From positions 160,001 through 224,000 of the forward strand of contig CAVYES010000006.1 of NCBI GenBank assembly GCA_963767735.1: DNA of 64,000 nucleotides, written 5' to 3'. This stretch comes from Candidatus Bathyarchaeota archaeon. Lineage in GTDB: Archaea; Thermoproteota; Bathyarchaeia; Bathyarchaeales; Bathycorpusculaceae. The notes below the pieces were generated by a model that saw nothing but the letters and a program-made list of their open reading frames with translations, did no database searches and was not told the DNA's origin. Position numbers and translations under genes: made by a program. Positions 54,500 to 63,498 of the stretch are shown here, piece after piece (the first letter of the stretch is position 1; each line of letters starts with the position of its first letter).

Positions 54500-54574
54500 T
54501 ATCAAGCACTAAATCAATTCTCCTGCTATATTTGCCAAAAATAAAGGCAAATTATAGCTTTTACAGATGCAATT

Positions 54575-54730
54575 TTAGAGCACATCGTGCTCTTCTTTGC
54601 AATGCCTCTCGTAATCCTCTTTGTTATCGTATATAGATTGGTCCAGAGGGCACTTGAACTTTTTATGTGGTGTCATTTCAGGCTTTGGTATAGTAATTTT
54701 CGGTTCTTTTCTAGCAGGGTCTTCTTTCAA
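54575..54730 (-). CDS. C2H2-like zinc-finger microprotein, 51 aa, not in ORF track
   Basis: GGAGGTGA SD, TTG start, MKEDPARKEPKITIPKPEMTPHKKFKCPLDQSIYDNKEDYERHCKEEHDVL. Confidence 0.7.
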   Translation of the reverse strand: MKEDPARKEPKITIPKPEMTPHKKFKCPLDQSIYDNKEDYERHCKEEHDVL

Positions 54731-54898
54731 AAAATTCACCTCCAACCAAAAAACGTTCTACAAAACAATTACTAGAAATGCGAGACAATTATTAAAACTA
54801 TGTGATTGTGCATGTCTACCAATTAGCACTCATCCAAAAAATCAATTGTCCCTCTAAATCTAATAACTGAATAAAATTAAAAATTGGTGAATAGACAC

Positions 54899-55318
54899 CT
54901 ATTGAATTTTTTTCAGTGCATCTTCAAGTTGATTGAGACTTTTAACAATCACGTCGGAATGCGCGACAATCCAGGGGCTCAAGCACTCTATTTCCGAAAC
55001 CACTATGATTTTCTTGCCTTTACGCTTGGCGTAAAACAGCTCCATACATGCTCCTGCCGACAGCATTGGCAAATAAACAACCATTATGTCGCATCTGTCA
55101 GCGTCATCTAAATCTCTTTGAATAAAATCAAACGTAGGAACCTTATTCCACCAGCATCTTTCGTTCCCTTTATAGAGGACTTTTTCTCTATTCCACGGAT
55201 CAATAACGTCAAAACCCATCCCAACACAGATTTCAGTAATTTTTCCACGATACTCTTGATTGTTTTCCATGCCCAGAATGGGACCTGATATGAAAACTTG
55301 TTTTTTCATCTCATCCAA
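54899..55318 (-). CDS. nucleoside 2-deoxyribosyltransferase-like protein
   Basis: VFISGPI, RDLDDADRCD, SAGACMELFYA. Confidence 0.85.
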   Translation of the reverse strand: MDEMKKQVFISGPILGMENNQEYRGKITEICVGMGFDVIDPWNREKVLYKGNERCWWNKVPTFDFIQRDLDDADRCDIMVVYLPMLSAGACMELFYAKRKGKKIIVVSEIECLSPWIVAHSDVIVKSLNQLEDALKKIQ

Positions 55319-55348
55319 CCAAACTGTAGACTATTGAGGGTTTGGAAT

Positions 55349-55402
55349 GTGCCGAGCTTGATTTGAACCCCGAACCTTTGCTCGTAAAGATAGACATCCT
55401 AC
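55349..55402 (-). pseudogene. degenerate tRNA-Val(UAC)-like fragment
   Basis: Minus strand TAGGATGTCTATC-TTTACGA-GCAAAGGTTCGG-GGTTCAAATC: a TAC anticodon loop and T-loop, with broken stems and no 5' end. Confidence 0.45.
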
Positions 55403-55659
55403 AGTTTTCTTAACCTTTCCCCGACTAGTCTGAAAACTGGATGAGTCAGGGCTATCAGAAGTAGGAACAAAACCCATGAAGCGCAAGGAGGTAACTAATC
55501 GTTGTAGTTAAGATTTTACTGCCTGATTTATGTCGCGCGCTGCTCTGTCTCTAATTTTTGGTGTGTTATTGTTTGTGCAGAATACATTGTTGTGTCGCAA
55601 ATTTTTGTTCAGGCTGTTTTGGGTTGCTTTTTTAATTTAGGCTTGGTTTTGTTTGCAGG

Positions 55660-55722
55660 TTGTGTTCATTTTTGTGTAAATTTGTGTCGAATTGTGCGGA
55701 TTTGTGCCGGATTGTGCCGGAT
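55660..55722. repeat. 10-bp periodic WTTGTG repeat array
   Basis: tttgtgtaaa, tttgtgtcga, attgtgcgga, tttgtgccgg, attgtgccgg at 55671-55720, plus one offset copy at 55660. Confidence 0.75.
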
Positions 55723-56066
55723 TATTGAAGAGTCGCTCTGCGTAGTTTTGCGGCAAATTTTGAACAAGCCGTTCTAAGCTGCTTTTTTGGTTTAGGGTTT
55801 AAACTGTTTGTAAGTTGCGTCGCTAAAAGTCTGGAAAAGTCCAAATTCGTACAAAAAAGTCTGAAGGTCATTCTCGTTTATGAACCTACAAGGGTGAAAA
55901 CCATCTTACAAAGCAGGAAACGAATGAGGCTAAAAAATGCTAATTCATTGATGATAAAATTGTTGCTAATATAAAGTTAAACACCTCCAAATGAGGGTAT
56001 GGCATATTGGTTAAGCCAGCTTGCGAACAAACATTTATGTGACGTTACTGGGCGCCAAGGAAAAAA

Positions 56067-57374
56067 TTAAGATTGGTTAGGTGCGAATTCCCAAGCGATA
56101 TTTCCTTTCCAGATCTCCCCTAACTTTGTTATTCTAACCTCTTTGTCGTCAATTTCAATTAATCCTTTATCTTTTAGTTTTTGAAGCTGCTTTGGAAAAA
56201 CTTTTTCTGGTGTGGTGCCGAATTTTTGCATAAATTCTTTTTTGCTAACTGGCAGCCGTAGGTATAATCGGGTCATTGTCCGTCTCATCATATCTTCGGT
56301 AGTTGACTCTGAAAGTCTACTTATGGGTAGTTTTCCTTCTTTTACAGCTGTCATGTAATCGTTTATGTTTTCAATGTTAGAGTAAGAAAACTTTTGCAGA
56401 TACCCCATGAAGCAGCCTGCGCCCGTTGTCAGTATGCCTCCCCATGGCCAACCGTTTAGGCAGTTCTCTCGCATGTGCCACTCTACTCTGCTGAAGCGGT
56501 CATGACCAACTGCCTTGTAGCCTGCTTCAGTCAGCATTTTGTAGGCGGTAAGGTACATTTGCTTTTCATATTCTGCACCGCCAGTAGGCGGAGAAACTCC
56601 AGTCTTAATCATTTTTTCAAGTGCGGTGCCTGAATCAACATGTAACGAATAAGTATCGATCTCGACATCGAGTTCAATCGTCTTCTTTAGCGTGCTGATC
56701 CAGCTTTCCATTGTCTGTCCTGGAAGATTGTACATGAGGTCCACGCATACGCACAGGTTCAGTTTTCGTGCGTGCCGAATGGCTTTTTCAACGTCAGCTG
56801 CACTGTCGGGTAAGCAAAGCATTTTTCGTAGTCGGTCGTCAAATGTTTGCGCCCCCATATCCACTTGATACACGCCGTACTCGGCGAGTTTATCAATTTT
56901 CTTAAGCGCAAGCGTCTTTGAGGAACCGGTCACCTTGATAAAATATTCCTTATTAATATTGAAATTTGCTTTGCAGAAGTCAATGAGGTCAATCATCTGC
57001 TCAGCAGCCAAGACACTAGGTGTTCCACCCCCTAAAACTATTTCATCAAATACGCTTGTCTTCACATATTTGGTTTTGGCGTACATTTCGAGCTCTTTCT
57101 TGAGGAGTTCAAGATACGGCTCTATCTTCACTTTGCTTGTGGCGGTGGTTGGAAAATAGCAGAAAGCGCATCTTGAGTCGCAAACAGAAATCCACGGTTG
57201 AAGCTCCATTAATCTTCCTGACGTATTCTCAGTAGTCAAGAACTCCATGAACGCTTTATACGTTTCAGGTTTAATGCCTGGATAATCCCTATACGTGTAA
57301 GGCGGCCAATTTTCACGCGAGGCGTAAACTTCTGACTTGCCTTTTTCAAGCTCAGAGTTTTTTTCCATCAACAA
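56067..57374 (-). CDS. HemN-like radical SAM enzyme, divergent
   Basis: CDSRCAFC, GGGTPS, GAQTF, DLMYNLPGQT and a HemN-like C-terminal domain. Confidence 0.9.
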   Translation of the reverse strand: MLMEKNSELEKGKSEVYASRENWPPYTYRDYPGIKPETYKAFMEFLTTENTSGRLMELQPWISVCDSRCAFCYFPTTATSKVKIEPYLELLKKELEMYAKTKYVKTSVFDEIVLGGGTPSVLAAEQMIDLIDFCKANFNINKEYFIKVTGSSKTLALKKIDKLAEYGVYQVDMGAQTFDDRLRKMLCLPDSAADVEKAIRHARKLNLCVCVDLMYNLPGQTMESWISTLKKTIELDVEIDTYSLHVDSGTALEKMIKTGVSPPTGGAEYEKQMYLTAYKMLTEAGYKAVGHDRFSRVEWHMRENCLNGWPWGGILTTGAGCFMGYLQKFSYSNIENINDYMTAVKEGKLPISRLSESTTEDMMRRTMTRLYLRLPVSKKEFMQKFGTTPEKVFPKQLQKLKDKGLIEIDDKEVRITKLGEIWKGNIAWEFAPNQS

Positions 57375-57508
57375 TCCCCTTGATTGTCTTTTTAAAACGG
57401 TTTGATAACATAATAAAGATTACGTTAAAACGCCAAATTAACTAAAAAAGTGCCAGTTAACATCTTTAGCCAAAAGTGCACCGCTCCGACAAGACAAGAT
57501 CTATGTTG

Positions 57509-58612
57509 CTATTTGCTTCTTTTCCTGAAAACCCATGCAGCTACGGCTATAGCAGTTATTGTTATTGCAGCGGCTCCAACAGTTAGACTTGTGTCAAATG
57601 AAGCCGCATTTTTGTTCGGTTGCGATGGCGAAGCCGTGGGAAGTGATGATGGCGGGGTGTTAGATATTTCCAAATAGCCCATTATTGTGCAGTACGCTAT
57701 TTGTCCATTGTCTGCCCAGACCCCCACTTCGACGCCGTTAGCAGGAACGTTGACCGTACCATTATTCGAGTAAAATTGGATCACCCAGATTGGTCGCAAC
57801 GTAAGATTGTCAACATCTCCAATCAATGCCGCTTGAGGATTATCAGTCAAAGTAACGGTGACGTTTGGGTCATCTGTGTTGGCTGCATTCCACGCGAGGT
57901 TTTCAGCTTTCTGCTCTGGCACGTTTATACTTAAGCTGTTGCTTGTTTGATAAAAGCTCCACTTATCGCTGAAAGATGTTAGAATTCCGCTTGAAAACAC
58001 CAAGCTAAGGCACTTCTGGTCGTAGTCAACTCCATCAGCCACGTAATGCCAATTTAGCGTTGTCGAACCGTCATCGACCTCTATTGTGCACTTAAGATTA
58101 CCCGTGGTTACGGTGGCGTTGTTCAAACCGTTCAGGCTTGGATTGGTATCCAACATATTTAGCATCGGCTGCACGTAGGCTGCTTCATTGTAGTTCTCAT
58201 AACTTTGCAGAACCCACTTGACTTCCCCAAGAACGGTCGAGGGTTCTGCCTGAGAATAAAGAGGCGAAACAGTGGAACCGTCATAAGTCCATAATCCGCA
58301 AAGTTCCAAAGTGCCGTTTACGAACGTGAAAGTTGCTGCTAAGCTGTGAGTAGACGTCAACGTCAGGTTGACAGTGATGCTTTCCACTGGTAATCCTTCA
58401 AAACCCGTGTTAGGAGGAGCCGCTGAACTTGGGGCATAAGCAACTACTGTTTTATCGTAACTGGACATGTTAAAATCAAGCACGTTGGCCAAAAAGGAAT
58501 AAGCCTGATTTTGCGCCGTTGCTTCAATCGAGTAGACTCTAGGCACACCTGCGAATAATAGAATTGAAGCTATTAGCAGAATCAAAATCAGACGGCAGTT
58601 TTTTTTATCCAT
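57509..58612 (-). CDS. exported, C-terminally membrane-anchored protein with PepSY-like region
   Basis: Signal peptide; VPEQKAENLA...PIWVIQF...VGVWADNGQI; Ser/Pro linker; TM helix plus RKRSK. Confidence 0.75.
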   Translation of the reverse strand: MDKKNCRLILILLIASILLFAGVPRVYSIEATAQNQAYSFLANVLDFNMSSYDKTVVAYAPSSAAPPNTGFEGLPVESITVNLTLTSTHSLAATFTFVNGTLELCGLWTYDGSTVSPLYSQAEPSTVLGEVKWVLQSYENYNEAAYVQPMLNMLDTNPSLNGLNNATVTTGNLKCTIEVDDGSTTLNWHYVADGVDYDQKCLSLVFSSGILTSFSDKWSFYQTSNSLSINVPEQKAENLAWNAANTDDPNVTVTLTDNPQAALIGDVDNLTLRPIWVIQFYSNNGTVNVPANGVEVGVWADNGQIAYCTIMGYLEISNTPPSSLPTASPSQPNKNAASFDTSLTVGAAAITITAIAVAAWVFRKRSK

Positions 58613-58625
58613 AATTTAGGCTCTC

Positions 58626-59549
58626 CTAGCTAACGTTTGGGAGCACCAAGTTGCCATCACCTATAACAACCATTACGCCTGGAAAATACGTCCATGCCCC
58701 GTTCATTTGCTGGTATTCCATGTATCCCTCGTATAGAGGGTTCATGCTGAACAAAGGTTGCGTCGCATTCAACGCGTTTGACGCATAGTTAAGAGCCATA
58801 GTTACAGAGGTGCCGCAGTCGACGAAGTAATAATAAAAGTAATCGACAAAGGTAGCATAAGTTTCTCCAACTACGTTCTCGTAGGGGTCAGAGAGGTTTT
58901 TAGCGCAACCGTTGAAGCCTATGTAGCATATTCCACTGTTGTCGGCGCCGGCGCCATAGCCGTTAAGGCTAAGTCCGGTAGTTTGGGTGAATGCGTATGG
59001 CATTCCGACTGGGCCCGTATTGTTTTGTGTATCCCAGTATCCGTAGATTGTTTTGCCGTTTTGGGTCCATTCGTCTCCGTTCATGCATGTCCAAATGAAA
59101 GTGAACTTATTTTTTGAGCCGTTAGCAATGTTGTAAATTTTGGAGTCTTGAATGGCGTTGGAGACAGCGCCAGAGTTGCTTCCGTAATAGTAAAAGTGCC
59201 AAGTATTGCATGTTGGTTGATATTGAAAGCCGTTGCCGGTGGAAAACCACGCTAGAAAATCATCGGCACTGCTGTTATCAACGTTACTCATGCAAGCATA
59301 TGCATTAGTGGCGGTAGTTTGGTTTGCTGAAAACCACAAGCTGTCCCAATTAGCAGAGAGCGAGTTGAAAGTGCTGTTTATGTAATTGCACACCGCATCT
59401 TCGGCGTTCTGTTCGCCACTGGGCTGCAAGTAATATGTCTCCCAGACAGTGTTAACATGCATTCCTTGCACACGTTGCTGGGTTAGCGAAGCTACTAAGA
59501 AACTAAGCAACATAAGGACGCATATTATAGTCACGTAGGTTCTTTTCAC
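58626..59549 (-). CDS. secreted protein, possible clan-CD (gingipain/caspase-like) fold
   Basis: Signal peptide; AWFSTGNG, FTFIWTC, YIGF, terminal VVIGD. The fold call is an inference. Confidence 0.7.
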   Translation of the reverse strand: MKRTYVTIICVLMLLSFLVASLTQQRVQGMHVNTVWETYYLQPSGEQNAEDAVCNYINSTFNSLSANWDSLWFSANQTTATNAYACMSNVDNSSADDFLAWFSTGNGFQYQPTCNTWHFYYYGSNSGAVSNAIQDSKIYNIANGSKNKFTFIWTCMNGDEWTQNGKTIYGYWDTQNNTGPVGMPYAFTQTTGLSLNGYGAGADNSGICYIGFNGCAKNLSDPYENVVGETYATFVDYFYYYFVDCGTSVTMALNYASNALNATQPLFSMNPLYEGYMEYQQMNGAWTYFPGVMVVIGDGNLVLPNVS

Positions 59550-59845
59550 ATGCTTTGCTCCATATGTTTGTTATCTTTATGCTCTTCCTTAGTGGCTTGG
59601 CGGCGGCATGCTCAAAGGACAGTCAACTCGGGCTCCACTAACATTATTGAGTATTGCGTAAGCGTTAGAACTAAGAAGTACCGTTACTAGAATCGCTTAT
59701 AAATGCTATTATATTTAGGACATAACCAGTTGAAATGTTGCAGCAGGAACTTTTGGCTTTAGACTTGGCAGAACTTATCTTTGTGCAAGAGCTGCTTGTA
59801 ATTGCAGGTATTTTTCTCTTAAAAACCGGGTCTAATCTCAAACTA

Positions 59846-62086
59846 CTATCTCTTATGCTTCTTTTTAAATAGCACAATTGCCGATGCCACAGACGATGCT
59901 GTAATTACCGCTAAAATTGCCGAAATGGGGACTGCATTTGATGACGAATAAGTCTGTTTGCTTGATAAGGAACCAAACGCATAGAGTATATGGTTGTATG
60001 AGCCAACGTAAACTATGCTGTTGGCTATGGCGGGTGAAGAGACAACCATTCCTCCTGTTCCATAACTCCAAATGCAAGCGCCCGTCAAAGCGTCCAAGGC
60101 ATAAATTTTGCCATCGTAGGAACCAACGTAAACTATTCCACTTGCTACTGCAGGCGAAGAAGCAACCTCTCCTCCGGTTTCGTAACCCCACAGGAATTTT
60201 CCGTTAGATGCGTCCAGAGCATAAACCTTGTTGTCCCCTGAACCCACATAGACCTCGCCATTAGCTATGGCAGGTGAAGAAGCTACAACTCCGCTCGTGG
60301 AATAATTCCAAACCAGCAGCCCTGTTACAGCATTTAAAGCGTAAATATTGTGGTCATATGAACCCACGTAAACTATGCCATTGGCAACCGCAGGAGATGA
60401 AACCACATAACCGTTCGTATTGAACTTCCAAATTAAAGCTCCATTCAAAGCATTCAACGAATATACATTATCATCATTAGAGCCAATGTAAATTCTGCCG
60501 TCGTAAACTGCAGGAGATGAAACTGTTATTTGCCCGCCTGTAGTATACTTCCAAACAAAAGCTCCATTCGAGGCATCCAAAGCGTAAACACTGCCGTCTT
60601 CTGAACCCACATAAACTACGTCGTTATTCACTGAAGGAGAAGAAATCACTGGACCGCCCGTTTTATAACTCCAAATGTACTGTCCCGTTGTAGCGTTTAA
60701 GGCATAGACGTAACTGTTATATGAGCCTACGTAAACTGCTCCGTCAGCAACCGCCGGAGAAGAGAACATTATCATGCCACCAGTAGAATAGCTCCACACA
60801 ACATTGTTATGAAGCTCCAAATTGAAACCAACCATACCCGTCGACGCATTCAAGGCATAAACCACTCCATCATGAGAACCAACATATGCTAAACCACCCG
60901 CTACAGTCGGGGACGAATCAATCTCGCCGCCAGTAGCATAGCTCCAAACAAAGCCGCCGTCCGTTGCGTTCAAAGCATAAAGCTTTCCGTCCCACGATCC
61001 CACATAAACCATGCCATTGGCAACGGCTGGACGAGAAACCACAATATCATCTGTCACGTAGTTCCACATTAGCTCGCCGTTTGACGTATTCAGAGCATAA
61101 ACTTTGTTATCCTCTGAACCAACGTAAACCACGCCACCCGATACCGTTGGAGAAGATGCCACAACACCACCCGTTGTGTAGTTCCAAACGTATTTGCCGT
61201 TAGAGGCGTTCAAAGCGTAAACCCTATTGTCTGCTGATCCTATGAAAACTAAACCGTCAAGAACGTCTGGAGACGAGTAAACCGCACCGCCAGTGGTGAA
61301 GTTCCACAAAGACTTGCCACTTGAAGCGTCTAAGGCGTACACCTTATCATCTGATGAACCCACGTAAACTATGCCGTTGAAGACCGCTGGGGAAGAAGAT
61401 ATTTCGCCGTCCGTCAAGTAGTTCCAAACGAGTTTGCCGTCTGTCGAGTTTAGCGCGTAAATCTTGTCGTCTAATGAGCCAACATAGGTTATGCCTTCAC
61501 TCACGACAACTGAAGATAACATTATTCTGTCGCCAGTCGCATAGTTCCATATGTAAGCTCCCGTGGTGGCGTTCAAAGCGTAAACACTGTCGTCTTCTGA
61601 ACCAAAATAAACGATTCCGTTTGCAACAATTGGGTCTGAATCAACATAATATCCTGTTGTGTAGTTCCACAGTTCGTCGCCATTAACTGCGTTAAAGGCG
61701 TAAAGGTTATGGTCCTCTGAACCAACGTAAACTACGCCGTCAACCACAGCGGGACGAGAAATCACTATGCCGCCGGTAGGTGAATCCCATATTATTTCCC
61801 CCGTGGAGGCGTTAAAAGCGTAAACCTCACGGTCATACGACCCTACATACACCACGCCGTCAACTACCGAGGGTGAACCCACTTGACCACCAGTATTAAA
61901 TGTCCACAAAGTCTGGTTCGTTTCCGGCCCTAGCGAATTTGAATATCCCACATGAGCTACATCATCTTGAAACATGGGCCATGAATCCATGCTCACCTGG
62001 TTTCCCGCGGAAGCGACACTTTCTAAAATGCCTGAGGCTAAAAATAGCGCAATCAAGACAAGGCAAACACTAGCGGTTCTTTTCAT
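59846..62086 (-). CDS. membrane-anchored PQQ-like beta-propeller repeat protein (16 repeats)
   Basis: Signal peptide, WPMFQ, 16 repeats of about 40 aa (W-x-Y-x-TGG...SSP...VYVGS-x-D...YALNA..G), C-terminal TM plus KKKHKR. Confidence 0.93.
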   Translation of the reverse strand: MKRTASVCLVLIALFLASGILESVASAGNQVSMDSWPMFQDDVAHVGYSNSLGPETNQTLWTFNTGGQVGSPSVVDGVVYVGSYDREVYAFNASTGEIIWDSPTGGIVISRPAVVDGVVYVGSEDHNLYAFNAVNGDELWNYTTGYYVDSDPIVANGIVYFGSEDDSVYALNATTGAYIWNYATGDRIMLSSVVVSEGITYVGSLDDKIYALNSTDGKLVWNYLTDGEISSSPAVFNGIVYVGSSDDKVYALDASSGKSLWNFTTGGAVYSSPDVLDGLVFIGSADNRVYALNASNGKYVWNYTTGGVVASSPTVSGGVVYVGSEDNKVYALNTSNGELMWNYVTDDIVVSRPAVANGMVYVGSWDGKLYALNATDGGFVWSYATGGEIDSSPTVAGGLAYVGSHDGVVYALNASTGMVGFNLELHNNVVWSYSTGGMIMFSSPAVADGAVYVGSYNSYVYALNATTGQYIWSYKTGGPVISSPSVNNDVVYVGSEDGSVYALDASNGAFVWKYTTGGQITVSSPAVYDGRIYIGSNDDNVYSLNALNGALIWKFNTNGYVVSSPAVANGIVYVGSYDHNIYALNAVTGLLVWNYSTSGVVASSPAIANGEVYVGSGDNKVYALDASNGKFLWGYETGGEVASSPAVASGIVYVGSYDGKIYALDALTGACIWSYGTGGMVVSSPAIANSIVYVGSYNHILYAFGSLSSKQTYSSSNAVPISAILAVITASSVASAIVLFKKKHKR

Positions 62087-62169
62087 TTTTACTCTTATCT
62101 ATCTTCGGCTCTTATCCGCTTAAAGACATTTTCTTTTATAGTCTAATAAATGAGAAACGAGAAGTTGCG

Positions 62170-63243
62170 CTATTTCTTGCGAAGACTTTCAGGTACATAC
62201 ACGCATGCTGGATCAGATTCGTAAATGTCCTCCGTGTAAGCGAATGCTCTGTTTCTGCAGCCTCCACAAAGTTCTCGATATTCGCAGACTCCGCATTTCC
62301 CCTTCAGAACATTTCTATCCTGGAAGCTCCTGTAATACTTCGATTCCTGAATTTCTTTCCATGCCGTCGTAAGGCTTTTTTCTCTAATGTTTCCCAGCAT
62401 CATTGGTTCTGAAGGCCGAAGATCGGTGTAGAAGCACGGTATTAAATCGCCATTCTCAGTTACACTCAAGTATCCGCCAAAAGCAAAATAGGTGCATTTG
62501 CCGTGAAACTTATGTTCGTACCACTCGTCAAAATTCGCGGGGTTCCTTTGTTTCACAACACGCGCATAATGTGGGCAATGTACATGAATTTCAAATTTGC
62601 CTTCGTACTTCTGAGTTAAATCCCATATGTGATTAAGCGTCCACTCGTACTGCTCAGGAGTCGGGGTTAACTCCATTGTTTCTTTTGCTCTTCCGCTAGG
62701 AACAAGATGGTTAAACCAAACAAAGTTCGCATGGTATTGCTCAGCTAACTCTGCGACGTGGTCTAAATGCTTATAGTTTATGGTTGTAATTGCGCATGCT
62801 AAACCGTTTAGAATTTTACCTTTCGATAACTTCTCGATAGCTGCCAACGCCTTTTTGTATGATCCTTTTCCTCTTAATTGATCGTTGATTTCTTCTGGTC
62901 CATCTATGCTTACAGATGTCCAAACTTGATTTTTTACCAAGTTATCGTAAATTTTTCCATCCACAAAGCATCCGTTAGTTAACAAGCACACGTTGAGACC
63001 TAGACTTTTTGCGTGATCTACAATTTCGAAGATGTCTTCACGCATTAGGGGTTCGCCGCCTTTTATGCCGAACCATCTTACGCCGAAGTTATGAACCTCA
63101 TCCACTAACTGTAGCGCCTCTTTTGTGGTCATTTCTCGTGGGGCATGCTTACCAGTAGCGTCAACATTGCAGTATTTGCAACGGGCATTGCAAGCGCCTG
63201 TTGCCCTCCAAGAAGTCATAAGTAACGGACCTTTACTTGTCAA
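62170..63243 (-). CDS. radical SAM/SPASM enzyme (NirJ/AhbC/AhbD/PqqE-like superfamily)
   Basis: CNARCKYC, GGEP, TNG, SIDG; SPASM region C...PC...GKCGVCEYRELCGGCR...DPAC. Confidence 0.92.
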   Translation of the reverse strand: MTSKGPLLMTSWRATGACNARCKYCNVDATGKHAPREMTTKEALQLVDEVHNFGVRWFGIKGGEPLMREDIFEIVDHAKSLGLNVCLLTNGCFVDGKIYDNLVKNQVWTSVSIDGPEEINDQLRGKGSYKKALAAIEKLSKGKILNGLACAITTINYKHLDHVAELAEQYHANFVWFNHLVPSGRAKETMELTPTPEQYEWTLNHIWDLTQKYEGKFEIHVHCPHYARVVKQRNPANFDEWYEHKFHGKCTYFAFGGYLSVTENGDLIPCFYTDLRPSEPMMLGNIREKSLTTAWKEIQESKYYRSFQDRNVLKGKCGVCEYRELCGGCRNRAFAYTEDIYESDPACVYVPESLRKK

Positions 63244-63498
63244 AGTTTAAAATCCACCCTCAAATTCTCTTCGCTGACTCATCATTTATCTTAACGTTTC
63301 TTTTCAACTTAAAAAAGATTGTGCGAGGCTATCTTGTTTTGTTTTTTGCGTTATCTTTGCAATTTTTCTGTCTCAACGTAGCTGAAATTAGGGAATTATA
63401 AGTTTCCGTAAGGTTTATAGTGAAAATCATCATCATACCATTATCGGGTGGCAAGGCTTTAACCTCTTAATTGGAAATATCTCTATCATAAATAATGG

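Noticed and set aside
55420-55510. Possible ribozyme or IS-end RNA (CTGAAAA...GATGAG)
   Set aside because: No hammerhead core or supporting stems could be assembled, and no transposase is nearby.
55660-55722. Possible CRISPR array
   Set aside because: Units are 10 bp with no unique spacers, and no cas genes are in the window.
59671-59877. 68-aa Ser/Cys-rich ORF as a possible precursor peptide
   Set aside because: Overlaps the propeller 3' end, has no SD or leader/core pattern, and its composition looks non-coding.
59960-61910. About 120-bp DNA periodicity suggesting a repeat array
   Set aside because: Fully explained by coding beta-propeller blades.
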